From: a candidate division FCPU426 bacterium
GTDB taxonomy: Bacteria > Oederibacteriota > Muellerivitia > Muellerivitales > Muellerivitaceae
Reading direction: 5' to 3'
Length of the DNA: 64,000 nucleotides
Assembly: GCA_963796105.1 (NCBI GenBank)
Contig: CAWCKJ010000003.1
Location: forward strand, 512,001-576,000
Shown: one piece after another, positions 49,061 to 59,384 of the stretch
Layout: the number at the start of each line of letters is the position of its first letter
Position numbering within the stretch: the stretch's first letter is position 1
Program-made: the position numbers and the translations under genes
The notes under the pieces: model-generated
Told to the model about the DNA's origin: nothing
Database searches by the model: none
What the model saw: only the letters and a program-made list of their open reading frames with translations

Positions 49061-50348
49061 GGAAACCCTCCACCCGGTCGGACCTGAAGACCATTTCTTC
49101 CTCGCCCATGAAAACCGTATTCCCCTCTTGGACGCCCATTTTCTTGAGCTCCTTCAGGACGCCCATGCGGCCCAGGATTTTATGGAACCTCTCCACCGCA
49201 TCCTGGGTGTCAAAATTGGTCATGGAAACCCATTTGTCGATTTCCTTTCCGGTCACCCGGTAGTGGTCCCCTTCCCTCTTTATTATAAATCTCGGCTCGG
49301 TCCTGTACAAAATTTCCCGCGCGGGCGTCTTCACGGCGGAATCCGCCGTGGGCGACAGTCCCAGGGTCTTCCAAGCCTCCTCCATCAATTCCCTCAATCC
49401 CTCGCCGGAGACGGCGGAAATCACGAAGGCGGGGGTGCCCTTTTGCCGTATTTTAACGGCCCATGATTCCAAGGGTTCCCTGGAGGAAACGGCGTCAACC
49501 TTGGTCAAGGCGACGATCTGGTGTATTTTCTTGAACTTCGCGCTGTGCTTGTAAAGCTCCTTGTTGATGATCCGGATTCTCTTTACCATGTCCGAGTAGG
49601 CGGTCAAGGTCGCGGAATCAACTAGGTGGATGAGGACTTTAGTACGCTCCAGATGCCTCAGGAAACGGATGCCCAGCCCCTTGCCCTGGCTCGCTCCCTC
49701 AATCAAGCCCGGCACGTCCGCCAGGATGAAACTCCGCTCCCCCGGGAGGTAGGACACGCCCAGCTGGGGTTCCAGGGTGGTAAAGGGATAATCGGCGATT
49801 TTAGGCGTGGCCTTGGTAACCCGGGAAAGAAAGGTTGATTTTCCGGCGTTGGGGAATCCCACGATTCCCACGTCGGCCAAGAGTTTCAATTCCAGCCTCA
49901 GGTCCTTCTTCTCTCCCGGCTCTCCCTTTTCAGCCAGCCTCGGAGCGTGCGTGGTAGAAGTTGCGAAAGTGGTGTTGCCGCGCCCCCCCCGCCCGCCCTT
50001 GGCCGCCAGGACCCTCATGCCGTCCTGGTTCATGTCGGCCAGAAGCTCGTTCTCCGCTGACCAAACCATTGTTCCCACCGGGACCCGGATCACGATTGGC
50101 TCCGCGTCCCTGCCGTGCTTGTTCTTGCCCTTGCCGTGCTCCCCATGACGCGCCCGGTAAAGGGGGCGGTAGATGAAATCCACCAGGGTGCGGACATCGT
50201 TGCGGGATTCCAGGAAAACATCCCCGCCCCTTCCGCCGTTGCCCCCGTCGGGCCCCCCCCGGGGGATGTATTTTTCCCGCCGGAAGCTGAGACAGCCGTT
50301 GCCGCCGGCGCCGGCTTCGAGGGAGATTGTGACTTCATCGACAATCAT
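49050..50348 (-). CDS. obgE: GTPase ObgE
   Basis: FRREKYIPRGGPDGGNGG, GFPNAGKST, YPFTT, DVPG. Confidence 0.98.
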   Translation of the reverse strand: MIVDEVTISLEAGAGGNGCLSFRREKYIPRGGPDGGNGGRGGDVFLESRNDVRTLVDFIYRPLYRARHGEHGKGKNKHGRDAEPIVIRVPVGTMVWSAENELLADMNQDGMRVLAAKGGRGGRGNTTFATSTTHAPRLAEKGEPGEKKDLRLELKLLADVGIVGFPNAGKSTFLSRVTKATPKIADYPFTTLEPQLGVSYLPGERSFILADVPGLIEGASQGKGLGIRFLRHLERTKVLIHLVDSATLTAYSDMVKRIRIINKELYKHSAKFKKIHQIVALTKVDAVSSREPLESWAVKIRQKGTPAFVISAVSGEGLRELMEEAWKTLGLSPTADSAVKTPAREILYRTEPRFIIKREGDHYRVTGKEIDKWVSMTNFDTQDAVERFHKILGRMGVLKELKKMGVQEGNTVFMGEEEMVFRSDRVEGFRGK

Positions 50349-50381
50349 GGTTTATCACCTAGGGGCGGAAGGCCCTGAAAC

Positions 50382-50410
50382 AAAAAAACCCCACCCGGGG
50401 GTGAGGTTTT
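50382..50410 (-). terminator. Rho-independent terminator after rpmA
   Basis: Minus strand AAAACCTCACC-CCCG-GGTGGGGTTTTTTT. Confidence 0.75.
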
Positions 50411-50431
50411 CACTGCGCTCGATTGGGTTCT

Positions 50432-50692
50432 TCAGACTTTCACCGGCTCGACGCTGATTTGTTTTTTTCCCTTCTTGAACTCGCGGAAAGTCACCAAACC
50501 GGAGATCTTCGCGAAAAGAGTGTCGTCTTTTCCCAAGCCCACGTTAAATCCGGGCTTGTATCGCAAACCTCTTTGGCGCATCAAGATGCTTCCCGCCGTG
50601 ACGTAATTGCCCCCGTAGGCCTTGAGGCCCAAGCGCTGGCTGTTGCTGTCCCTGCCGTTGCGGGAGGAACCACCCGCTTTATGCTGACCCAT
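50432..50692 (-). CDS. rpmA: 50S ribosomal protein L27
   Basis: [22 protein letters not shown]. Confidence 0.98.
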   Translation of the reverse strand: MGQHKAGGSSRNGRDSNSQRLGLKAYGGNYVTAGSILMRQRGLRYKPGFNVGLGKDDTLFAKISGLVTFREFKKGKKQISVEPVKV

Positions 50693-50706
50693 TTCAAACC
50701 TCCCTG

Positions 50707-51021
50707 TTAACCCGCGATGATCTTCTCGATTGAAACCTTGCTGAATTTCGGCCGGGAACCCTTGGTTTTCATGGTGTTCTTGCGCCGCTTATACCTGAAG
50801 ACCCGGATTTTCTTGCCCTTGGTCTCCGCGACGATCTTGCCGGTGACCTTTGCCTTCTCGACATCCGCGCGCTTGGCCAAAAGCTGACCACCGTCCATTT
50901 GAAGGCCGACAAGCCTGAATTCCACCGCGTCGCCCGGATTGCCCTTCAACCGGTTGACCTGGATGACATCACCTTCTGATACTCGGTACTGTTTACCGCC
51001 AGCTGCTATCACTGCGTACAT
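50707..51021 (-). CDS. rplU: 50S ribosomal protein L21
   Basis: [14 protein letters not shown]...YKRRK. Confidence 0.98.
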   Translation of the reverse strand: MYAVIAAGGKQYRVSEGDVIQVNRLKGNPGDAVEFRLVGLQMDGGQLLAKRADVEKAKVTGKIVAETKGKKIRVFRYKRRKNTMKTKGSRPKFSKVSIEKIIAG

Positions 51022-51077
51022 GGTTTCTCCCTGGAAAAGTGCTCAAGGCCCGATAAAGGGGGCCCGAAAGAGGTAAA

Positions 51078-51106
51078 AGTCTATTCAGGAGGCCCCACCT
51101 TGTCAA
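51078..51106 (-). promoter_or_regulatory. rplU sigma70 promoter
   Basis: TTGACA-17 bp-TAGACT. Confidence 0.8.
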
Positions 51107-51337
51107 GGGCGACTCTATGAGTCGCCACTCGTGGTTTTCACTGCCCTCTTCCGAAGGAAGATGGGTGGCCGGGAATCACGCCCCGGCCAAGTACACGGCT
51201 TGTGCAGATCCTTCAACAAAAACACAAAGAGATCGGCGCGATGCCAACCTCTTTAAACGCTTTTTGGAGGGTTGGCATGTGCAGATCCCCAATAAAAACA
51301 TAATGAGATCGGCACCAAACCAGGCGGTCAAGCTAAA
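51102..51337 (-). ncRNA. Structured non-coding element, copy 3 (expanded form)
   Basis: Shares GTCAAGGGC, CCACT, CCAAGTACACGGCT, CGGTCA and GCTAAA blocks with copies 1 and 2; carries extra hairpins. Confidence 0.55.
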
Positions 51338-51358
51338 GCGCCCCCTCTTTGGAGAAGC

Positions 51359-52291
51359 TCAATACCAGAATAACAGGCCAAAAAGATAGGAATTGGCTAT
51401 GAAATCGGAACTGATCTGGGAGGGCCTCCAGGCGAATCCCAACTCATACTCGAGCCTGCCGAGGTTGTAGCGCAAGCCAGCTCCCAAGGAAAGTCCCCCC
51501 TGAAGATTGCCCTGCTCGGTGATCCTGTACCCGGCCCGCAGGGCCAGGATGCTCCTGTGCCAGTACTCCACCCCCATGGAAGCCTCGTTCCCCTCGTCGC
51601 GCACGTTCAATCCCTCCACGCTCACCAGCAGGGTGGAGGCGGGAGTAACTATAAGGGGCCTGGATACCCCGATTCGAAAAGTCAAGGGAAGGGGGTCCTG
51701 AGCCTGGGAGTCGGGCTGGTATTGGACCGGCGGCCCAACATTTTGAACGACCGCCGCGAAGTCCGTCCCGAAATACTGGAGTTTGATCCCGACATCGATA
51801 GCCTGGGTGAATGCCGTCTTTTCTCCCAGGGCGGAATAAAGGATCTTGAGAGCCCCGCCCAGGGAAAGTTTCCCGAATTGCTGGGAATCCGCCACCGTCA
51901 AGAGAACGTCATAGGCGTTCACGGGGGCGTCCGTCGCGAGGGTATTTTGAATCGTCGGCATGTGGCGGTAAATCAGCTGGCCGCCGAGATTACCGTATTT
52001 CTGGGTCGGGACCGCAACGCTGAGGGATTCCGTCCCAACCCCCGCGTAACCCTCCATGTGGTCCAATCCCAGGCTGTATTTCGAGACGCGGGCCAACCCC
52101 GCGGGGTTGTATCCGATTACGTACACATCGTCCCCGAACGCCGAATAGGTCCCTCCCAAAGCGGCGGGGCGAACCCCTACGGGAAGAGTCAGCAAATCCG
52201 CTCCGCTGGTTCCGGGATCCAAGGCCCGTCCTAGGGAAGGCTCCCAGAAATAAGCCGTTAGAGCGGTTATCAGGAAAACAAGTTTCAACAT
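51359..52291 (-). CDS. PorV/PorQ-family outer-membrane barrel
   Basis: GADLLTLPVGVRPAALGG...YNPAGLA, LALRAGY; start ATG 52291 gives a signal peptide. Confidence 0.82.
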   Translation of the reverse strand: MLKLVFLITALTAYFWEPSLGRALDPGTSGADLLTLPVGVRPAALGGTYSAFGDDVYVIGYNPAGLARVSKYSLGLDHMEGYAGVGTESLSVAVPTQKYGNLGGQLIYRHMPTIQNTLATDAPVNAYDVLLTVADSQQFGKLSLGGALKILYSALGEKTAFTQAIDVGIKLQYFGTDFAAVVQNVGPPVQYQPDSQAQDPLPLTFRIGVSRPLIVTPASTLLVSVEGLNVRDEGNEASMGVEYWHRSILALRAGYRITEQGNLQGGLSLGAGLRYNLGRLEYELGFAWRPSQISSDFIANSYLFGLLFWY

Positions 52292-52499
52292 TTTAATCCA
52301 TCTGCCTCTCTTCGGAATTTCGAGAAACCTAGGCGGGCGATGATGAAAAACCGAGCGCAAAAGATTCTCCCTCATTTTTATGGTTTTCCACCAGGCGGAA
52401 ACTTTTATTAAACTGATCGGACGGATTTTCCAACCAGCAGGGCCCGCCATCCCTCTCCCCTGCCCCTTAAAAAGAGATTCTTTTAAGAACCATCAGGTT

Positions 52500-54035
52500 T
52501 TACAGTTTCACTTTTAATCCGCACTTGAATACCGCCCCCAAAATCATATCCGGGTCTGGCCAGGAATAGGGCTTTTGGCCGAGATTTTCTCCCGCCAGGG
52601 AAATTCCCAACTCCCGGGACCACTGGTATTCAACTCCGGCCGAGCAAAGAAACCCAACATTTTGTATTTCCCGGCCCTCGAACCAGAATTTAGTTTTTTG
52701 AAAGGTCTCGATGACAAACCGCAAACTCGAGTCGAAAAACCAGAAACTGGACGGGCTTTGTAATTCCTTGATTTCAAACTCCACCCGCGACCGGTTTAAA
52801 ACCCTGTAAAAAAGCCCTGAGGGATCCCATTCCGCCGAAAAGGAACCGCCTGGGTATTCCTGGGACCCCAAACACTGGAGGATATATTGGAACGTGGTGC
52901 TCCAGTCGGATTTTTCCTGGACGCGGATTCCCAAATCGGTTTGTTGAATCAAGGTTGAATCAGTCGGCGCCTCGTTCCGTGAATAATCCCCGATGAAAGT
53001 AAAGGATCCCTGGGTCTTCCGGGCCCCCAGGACGGCGCTGAATTGGGAAGGGGCGGAATCCGGGAAATCAAGCCGGAAGGCTAGGTCCAGGTTGGCCATC
53101 CCGAGAGCGTCGACGAATTCCGTGTTCTGGATGAAGCCGCTCGCCCGGGCTGGGCCTTGGGCTCCGTGGGCGGGTGAATCCAGGAACCCTCCCATGCCGA
53201 TTTGGCTCTCGAAGAGTCCCCCGGCGTTAAAATGATACCTCAGGAAGCCTCCTCCCTCCTGAAGGGTCTCATCCCCCAGCTTAGCCGCCTGGACAAAGGG
53301 CTTCAATTGAAGCGATTGGAAATCCGCGGTTTTTAAAACCCAGTCGCTGGAGAAAAGGTACCAATAGTCCTTTGAGGATGTTTGGGTTCCAAGGAATCCA
53401 CTTTGCAGGACGCTTGAGCCGTCGTCGAGCCATTGGCGCTTGGAAACAACGGTAAAACTTCCCTTGTCTGAAAAATCGGAGTTCAGGGACGCGTCCCGGA
53501 CCGAGGCGTCGAGGTAAAAATCCGGTTGATGATCATGAAGCCATCCGCCTCCCGAGGGGCCGGAACCTCCCCAGGCGGAAGCCGAAGTTTCATCCGCCGC
53601 GGGGGAAAGAGGGGCCTGGATCTGCAGAAGGCCCGCTCCTGTGTTTTTTCCCCACCAGGCCGCCGCAGGGAAATTCAGCCACTCGGCTGTTCCGGCCGTT
53701 GGCATGCCGTTCAGCAGATCCATCGAGGCGAAGGGGCAGGGAATGTCCTCGAAGGCCTGGCCCGGGGCGTAGTTTTGAAGGCCCCCGGGACCAAGGCTTA
53801 TGCCGTGAGTCCATCCCGCGTGACTCGAGAGGGTTCCCCCGAGGGTATTCCAGGAAGGTTCAGTATTGAGAAGGGAGATGTCATGCGCAATATCATCCAA
53901 GTAATCGGAGGAGCCTGGGACAAGGCAGACCCGCCCCTGATCAAAAGGGCGTCCCAGATCCTCCTCCACCTGGGCGAAAGAGAATGGAGGCGCTAGGAGA
54001 GGGATAAGAAGAGAGATCCATCGAAGGGCTTTCAA
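52500..54035 (-). CDS. Exported protein, probable outer-membrane beta-barrel
   Basis: Signal peptide; alternating amphipathic strands; C-terminal GENLG...GLKVKL. Confidence 0.55.
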   Translation of the reverse strand: MKALRWISLLIPLLAPPFSFAQVEEDLGRPFDQGRVCLVPGSSDYLDDIAHDISLLNTEPSWNTLGGTLSSHAGWTHGISLGPGGLQNYAPGQAFEDIPCPFASMDLLNGMPTAGTAEWLNFPAAAWWGKNTGAGLLQIQAPLSPAADETSASAWGGSGPSGGGWLHDHQPDFYLDASVRDASLNSDFSDKGSFTVVSKRQWLDDGSSVLQSGFLGTQTSSKDYWYLFSSDWVLKTADFQSLQLKPFVQAAKLGDETLQEGGGFLRYHFNAGGLFESQIGMGGFLDSPAHGAQGPARASGFIQNTEFVDALGMANLDLAFRLDFPDSAPSQFSAVLGARKTQGSFTFIGDYSRNEAPTDSTLIQQTDLGIRVQEKSDWSTTFQYILQCLGSQEYPGGSFSAEWDPSGLFYRVLNRSRVEFEIKELQSPSSFWFFDSSLRFVIETFQKTKFWFEGREIQNVGFLCSAGVEYQWSRELGISLAGENLGQKPYSWPDPDMILGAVFKCGLKVKL

Positions 54036-54129
54036 TCAGGCTTCCTATGAAACAGATATTAAAAGGATTGGGAGGGCCCGGCTCCCTCCGGCGAATATCC
54101 AACGATGGGAAAAAATCCCGGATACAAAG

Positions 54130-54206
<77 letters not shown>

Positions 54207-54237
54207 TTAAATACGATCCTGCCTGCCCAATAATAAC

Positions 54238-56100
54238 TCAATTTCGGCTCAATTTCTCGATCGACTGCAGCTTCACCATTGCTTTCGCTATGTTATTCTT
54301 GGCGCTGATATATTCCGGGTCTTCTTTCAGGCATTCCTTCCATGTCGCGATAGCCTCATGAATCTTGCCGTTGATGTAGAGGTTGACCCCATCATAATAA
54401 AGGGATTTGACTTTTTCCGCGTCGACCTTTTGCTGGGACTGCTGGCCCGTCATGCGCTTGACATAGTCGTTGGCTTTGCTGTTGTTGGGATCGATCGCCA
54501 AAACCTGTTGGAATTTCTCCTGCGCCTGGTTTTTGCTCCCGGAACCCTCGAGGGAAACACCCTCCTCCATCAAGCCGTTGACCTTATTGCGGATCTCCTT
54601 CCGGACCAGGAACAGGGTCTCGAGGGCCTTTGGACTGGAAGGGTCGATCTTGGATGCTACTTGGAGTGATTTCAAGGCGCTCTGCAATTGCCCTGCGTTA
54701 TAGCTCTTGAGACCCTGGCTGTAATACTTGTCAAACTCGGACTTTTGTTCCTTTTTCACGCTTTTCAAGCGCTCCTTGACGGCATGGTTCTTGGAGCTGA
54801 TCTTGGCTGCCTTGGAGTATTTTTGAATGGCCCCGGAATAGTCTTGTCCTTGGTGCAGCTCATCCCCTTCCTCCAGGAGCACCCGGATCTGATCCTGGGA
54901 CTTGGATTTGACCTTGCGGACAGCCTCGAGAGCTTTCTCGTTCTCGGGATCCATGACCAGGACCGTGTTCCACTCCGAAAGGGCCTTCAGGTTGTTGCCC
55001 TTTTGAAGATAGGCCTTCCCCGCTGCCAAATGTTTCTGGACCTCGGTCTGAAGCTTGGCGCGGGCGTCCGCGATGTAGTCCTGGGCCTGCTTGTTATCCG
55101 GCTGGAACTTGAGGACCGCCTGGCATTCCGCGATAGCCTCGGTGTACTGGTTGTTCACCAGGTCGTTCGTGGCGTTGGACATGTGGGCGTTATTGGCCGC
55201 GTCGATGGCGTTGCCCCTGCCGACGGAGGCGTCCGAGTCCTTCGGGTTGATCTTGAAGGCCTCCCCGAAAGCCTCGGCGGCCTTGTCGTACTCGCTGTTA
55301 TCGTAATAGGCGACCGCCTGATTGTAATAAGTCTCCGAGTCGTCCGGATTGGCCTTCTCCGATTTCTCATAGCAATCGATGGCCTCGGGGAATTTACCCA
55401 GGTTGTAATAGGAAAAACCGAGGAATTTATAGACCCTCGCGTCTTTTTTAATCCCCAGGGCCGAGCGCCATGCCGATACCGCCTTGGGGTAATCCTTCAT
55501 CTGGAAATAAGCCACCCCGAGATTTTGGAACGCGTCGAAATTCCTCGGGTCGGCCGAGGTCACCTTCCTGAGGGATTCCACCACCTGCGGGTATTTTTTC
55601 TGGTCCATGTAAATTTTGGACAAGTCCCCGTTGGCGTTCACCTGGACTTCCTTGACCTTTGGGAAAGCCGCAGAATAATTCTTCAGGGCGTTCTCCGCGT
55701 TGTCGTATTGGTTCAGCTGGATATAGGCCTTTCCCAGCAGCAGGTTGGCATTCGGATTGGCGAGATTGAGCTTCAGCACGGCGCTCAGGTGGTTGACCGC
55801 GTCGGCGTATTTTTTGTCGAAATAGGCGGAGATGCCCTCGGAGCTCTCGAGAAGCTCTTTGGCCTGCTGGTCTTTCGGGTTGAGCTGAAGGTACTTCTGG
55901 AACTCCGGGATCGCCTGCGCAAATTGCGAGGTCTTGAAGAAAGCAACGCCCAAATTGTAATGGGAGGTCGCGGAGTTCGGGTTCGCCTTGACCGCATTGA
56001 GGTAAGCCTGGATATTGGCGTCATCCTGCGCCGCCAGGGCCAACCCGGTCAAGAATGCCGTCACCCATAAAAAAAGCCCGACGAGGGCAGAAATTTTCAT
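54238..56100 (-). CDS. Exported tetratricopeptide-repeat protein
   Basis: ATG 56100 with GAGG RBS; signal peptide; many TPRs (HYNLGVAFF, FQNLGVAYF). Confidence 0.9.
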   Translation of the reverse strand: MKISALVGLFLWVTAFLTGLALAAQDDANIQAYLNAVKANPNSATSHYNLGVAFFKTSQFAQAIPEFQKYLQLNPKDQQAKELLESSEGISAYFDKKYADAVNHLSAVLKLNLANPNANLLLGKAYIQLNQYDNAENALKNYSAAFPKVKEVQVNANGDLSKIYMDQKKYPQVVESLRKVTSADPRNFDAFQNLGVAYFQMKDYPKAVSAWRSALGIKKDARVYKFLGFSYYNLGKFPEAIDCYEKSEKANPDDSETYYNQAVAYYDNSEYDKAAEAFGEAFKINPKDSDASVGRGNAIDAANNAHMSNATNDLVNNQYTEAIAECQAVLKFQPDNKQAQDYIADARAKLQTEVQKHLAAGKAYLQKGNNLKALSEWNTVLVMDPENEKALEAVRKVKSKSQDQIRVLLEEGDELHQGQDYSGAIQKYSKAAKISSKNHAVKERLKSVKKEQKSEFDKYYSQGLKSYNAGQLQSALKSLQVASKIDPSSPKALETLFLVRKEIRNKVNGLMEEGVSLEGSGSKNQAQEKFQQVLAIDPNNSKANDYVKRMTGQQSQQKVDAEKVKSLYYDGVNLYINGKIHEAIATWKECLKEDPEYISAKNNIAKAMVKLQSIEKLSRN

Positions 56101-56122
56101 TAGTTCCTCGAAAAAGGAAAAA

Positions 56123-57337
56123 TCAAAGTCCGTTGCTGGCCACGTCCAGGACCAACAGCTCATCCACCTTTTTCCCGTTCCTCTCGACCTGGCGGCAGCG
56201 GATCATGGTTCCATCGGTGGACCAAGCGAGTTCGGCAGTATAGTCAAGCTGCTGAATTGTTTTCAACCAGGTTTTGTTCGTCCCGTTGGAATTGATCAGC
56301 CAAACCTTGCCCTCGTAGACATAGGCGATCTTGTTCCCCGCGGGATGATAGACTGGGTGAAGCCCCAAGGAATTGCTCCGGGTGAAAAAGAGGGTTTGGG
56401 AGTTCATTTTATTGATGCCGGTTTTCTCCAGTTTCCTCAAACCGCGTACCGTCTGGCGGTAGACCAGTTCCTGGTTGTCCTGGGACCAGTTTGGTAAATC
56501 CGCCCCGAATGTTTGTGGAATCAGGGTGAAGCTGACTTTTCCCATCTTCTTCTCGTTTATTTTTCCCAGGTAGAGATACTTGACCCGGCTGGGGGTGATT
56601 CGGTGGGAGACAATCAGATTCCGGTCGGGCGATAAAACACCGGCCGGATCGGGGGGCGAATCCGGCGGGAAATCCCCCTCATAACTCTTATTGAAAGGAA
56701 TCTCGTTCTTAAGCATAATGAGGACCGCGTCATCCGCCCCGATGTTGAGGGCCCGGCGTGCGCGGTCCATGAGGGATTCCACCTTCGCCCGGCGGTCGGG
56801 GGAAATCATGGCGGAGGGATATGACTGAAAAATCGCCTGGGCCTGGTCCTGGGCGCCCTTGTAATTCTTCTGGGTGTAATAAGCCGTGGCTGATTGATAC
56901 TGGGCATCCACCAAAAACTCGATCGCGTCGTGGATGCGCGCGTTGTCCAGGTAGAGCTTCAAGGCCTTTTGATAGTATTCGGATGTTTTATCCGGGTTCT
57001 TCAATTTATCCCGGTAAAGCCCTGCCGTGTCCAGCAACGCGTGAAGCGCCTCGTCGGAATCGGGATAATCGGAGATGACTTTCTCGTACTCATCCAGGGC
57101 GATATCGTACTCGGAAAGGGCCTCGAAGTTCTTCGCGATCCGGTAATGGATATGGGCAGCCAACTCCGTGGCGGAATGGGCTTTCAAATAATCCTTGTAG
57201 GCCTGGATGGCCTGCCGGCTCATTCCGGAACGGTCCATCTGGGAGGCGTTCTCATAGGAACCGCCGAAAGATCCGCACCCCGCCCCGCCCAAAGAGATGA
57301 TTATGACGAGCAGGAAAAAAAGTTTAAGTTTGGACAA
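56123..57337 (-). CDS. TPR lipoprotein with C-terminal TolB/PD40-like propeller
   Basis: Lipobox GAGC; BamD-like TPRs; PNWSQD, HPAGNKIAY, AWSTDG. Confidence 0.78.
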   Translation of the reverse strand: MSKLKLFFLLVIIISLGGAGCGSFGGSYENASQMDRSGMSRQAIQAYKDYLKAHSATELAAHIHYRIAKNFEALSEYDIALDEYEKVISDYPDSDEALHALLDTAGLYRDKLKNPDKTSEYYQKALKLYLDNARIHDAIEFLVDAQYQSATAYYTQKNYKGAQDQAQAIFQSYPSAMISPDRRAKVESLMDRARRALNIGADDAVLIMLKNEIPFNKSYEGDFPPDSPPDPAGVLSPDRNLIVSHRITPSRVKYLYLGKINEKKMGKVSFTLIPQTFGADLPNWSQDNQELVYRQTVRGLRKLEKTGINKMNSQTLFFTRSNSLGLHPVYHPAGNKIAYVYEGKVWLINSNGTNKTWLKTIQQLDYTAELAWSTDGTMIRCRQVERNGKKVDELLVLDVASNGL

Positions 57338-57353
57338 TTTCAGGCCTTTCCGC

Positions 57354-59105
57354 TTATTTGGTGATGAGGACGATATCCACGCGCCGGTTCTTGAAAGCCG
57401 TCCATCCCAGGCCGGAGGCGTCCAACGGCGCCGAATCCCCGTGCCCCCGGGAGTAAAGATTATCGGGCGAAATCCCGCCCTTTTCCACCAGATATCTCAG
57501 GACCGTATCGGCCCGGTTCTGCGAGATCTGGAGAGCCTCGGTTTCCGATCCTTCAGCATAGGCGTGGCCCTCGATATAAACTTTCGAATTCGGGTATTTG
57601 CGGATCAGTTTGACCACCTGGCTCAGGTAATCCACCCCTCCGGGGATCAAGCGGGCGCTTTTCTCCGCGAAAGGAAGGCTCGGGACCCTCAATACGCCCG
57701 GGGACCCCTCGGGCCTGAGGCCTGCGGGCAGGCTCGGCGCGGGATATTCCCGGGCCGGGGCCGAAGCGACGGGAACCTCTGGAACGGAGGCTTCCTGGAC
57801 TTGGACATGGGCTGATTTGAAAATGGACTCGCTGGCCACCATGCGCCGGCCCTGGTTGTCCTCCGTGCGGAAATGGTAATCGGCGTAAATCCCTCCCGCC
57901 ACAGTTTTTCCGAAATTATCCTTCCCGTCCCAGGCGATCTGTTTGGGGGGAACGCCCTTGCCGCTGTAGGAACGGATGATATTGCCTCTAGGATCGGTGA
58001 TATCCAGGGTCCAATTCTTGATATCGGTCCTGGCCGTGGCCTTCAATTCGAAGGTCGCCTGCTTCAAAGACCCAGTCTTGATGTCCTCGAACTGGGGTTG
58101 AACCTCCAATGGCTGCTCCGGTTTCACGGCGAAGGAACTTTCCTGGGGCTCGGTTCCAAATCTATAAGTTATGGAAAATCTTTGGGTTTCACCCAGTATT
58201 CCGTAGGGGACGTAGGCGTAATCGATCTCAAACCCGGAGTATCTCAAGCCCGCCCCAAAGGAAGCGCCTGTTAATCCGCCCAGGTCCTGGCTGAAAGAGT
58301 TAAAACTATACCCCGCCCGGATCGCGCCTGAGAGGGTCTTGGAACCCATCCAGATCTCGCCGCCGGTGTGAAGAATGGTGCTGTTGTCCTCGGGTTTTTC
58401 CAAATCCGCCGCGATCAAGAAATGCGTCGGTTTTTCCGGTTGGAACCGGTAAGCCAAGCCAGCCCGGAAATCCAGGGGAAGCTTCTGCTGGGAGTTGTTC
58501 TGGGAGAAGGCGGTCATTTGACCCAAGTTTTGCATGGATAAACCAAGCGTCCAGTCCCTGGAGGTGGTGTAAAGAAGTGCGCCCGCGTCCAGGGCCTCGC
58601 CGGAAGCGCTAGAAGTCACCAAACTGCTGTTGATGTACTTGGCGCCGATGCCGAGTGATAAATGGTTCCCAAAAGACTGCCCATAGCCGATGGCGACCGC
58701 CACGTCATTGGCGCTTCCGGGAGTCGCAGAGGGGTTATTGGTGGAATTAAAAGAGGGGACGAAATCCAGGAAAGCGCTCATTCCCAGGACGCTCCCCTGC
58801 CTCACCGGAAGGGCCAAGCCCGCAAACTCGTAATCGGTGCCTTGAAAATATGAGGTATGAAGCAGGTTGATCTCAGGATATTCCAACTGGGCCAGGCCAG
58901 CCGTGTTCCAGTAGGTCGTGCTGATGTCGTCGGCGACGGCCGTGAAAGCACCTCCCATGCCGGCCCCGCGGATTCCAGCGGGAATTTGTAGGAACTGGGA
59001 GCTGGACGTGCCGATGCTGTCCGGATGGGAGGGAATCGGAATTAGAAAGACGAAAAGGGCGAAACCGGCTAAAAACCTCTTATTTGATTGGGCTTTACGC
59101 AACAT
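57354..59105 (-). CDS. PorV/PorQ-like barrel + FlgD-Ig-like + OmpA C-terminal domain fusion
   Basis: FLQIPAGIRGAGMGGA...YWNTAGLA; WDGKDNFG; IEGHA...ISQNRADTV...NRRVDI. Confidence 0.85.
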   Translation of the reverse strand: MLRKAQSNKRFLAGFALFVFLIPIPSHPDSIGTSSSQFLQIPAGIRGAGMGGAFTAVADDISTTYWNTAGLAQLEYPEINLLHTSYFQGTDYEFAGLALPVRQGSVLGMSAFLDFVPSFNSTNNPSATPGSANDVAVAIGYGQSFGNHLSLGIGAKYINSSLVTSSASGEALDAGALLYTTSRDWTLGLSMQNLGQMTAFSQNNSQQKLPLDFRAGLAYRFQPEKPTHFLIAADLEKPEDNSTILHTGGEIWMGSKTLSGAIRAGYSFNSFSQDLGGLTGASFGAGLRYSGFEIDYAYVPYGILGETQRFSITYRFGTEPQESSFAVKPEQPLEVQPQFEDIKTGSLKQATFELKATARTDIKNWTLDITDPRGNIIRSYSGKGVPPKQIAWDGKDNFGKTVAGGIYADYHFRTEDNQGRRMVASESIFKSAHVQVQEASVPEVPVASAPAREYPAPSLPAGLRPEGSPGVLRVPSLPFAEKSARLIPGGVDYLSQVVKLIRKYPNSKVYIEGHAYAEGSETEALQISQNRADTVLRYLVEKGGISPDNLYSRGHGDSAPLDASGLGWTAFKNRRVDIVLITK

Positions 59106-59384
59106 GGGGCCTTTGCTTGAACGAAGAAGGTTTTTTCAATTATATCATGGCAAATCCTTATCCTGTCAAAACAAACAATCCATGGGTTTCACAGGACCAA
59201 AGCCTCAAAGAGATCATGGCCGGGCATTTCTTCTTTTATAAATACAAAGTCCCTCCCTAAGTGCCCGCAAAAAAACATGACAGGCTTCGCTTGGGGCCGT
59301 TGTAGAAGGGAAATTGCTTGATATAATGCGTGGTCTTTCAAGCCGGTTCGCTGGCACCCAACAACTTTCGGAGGCCTTATTTTA

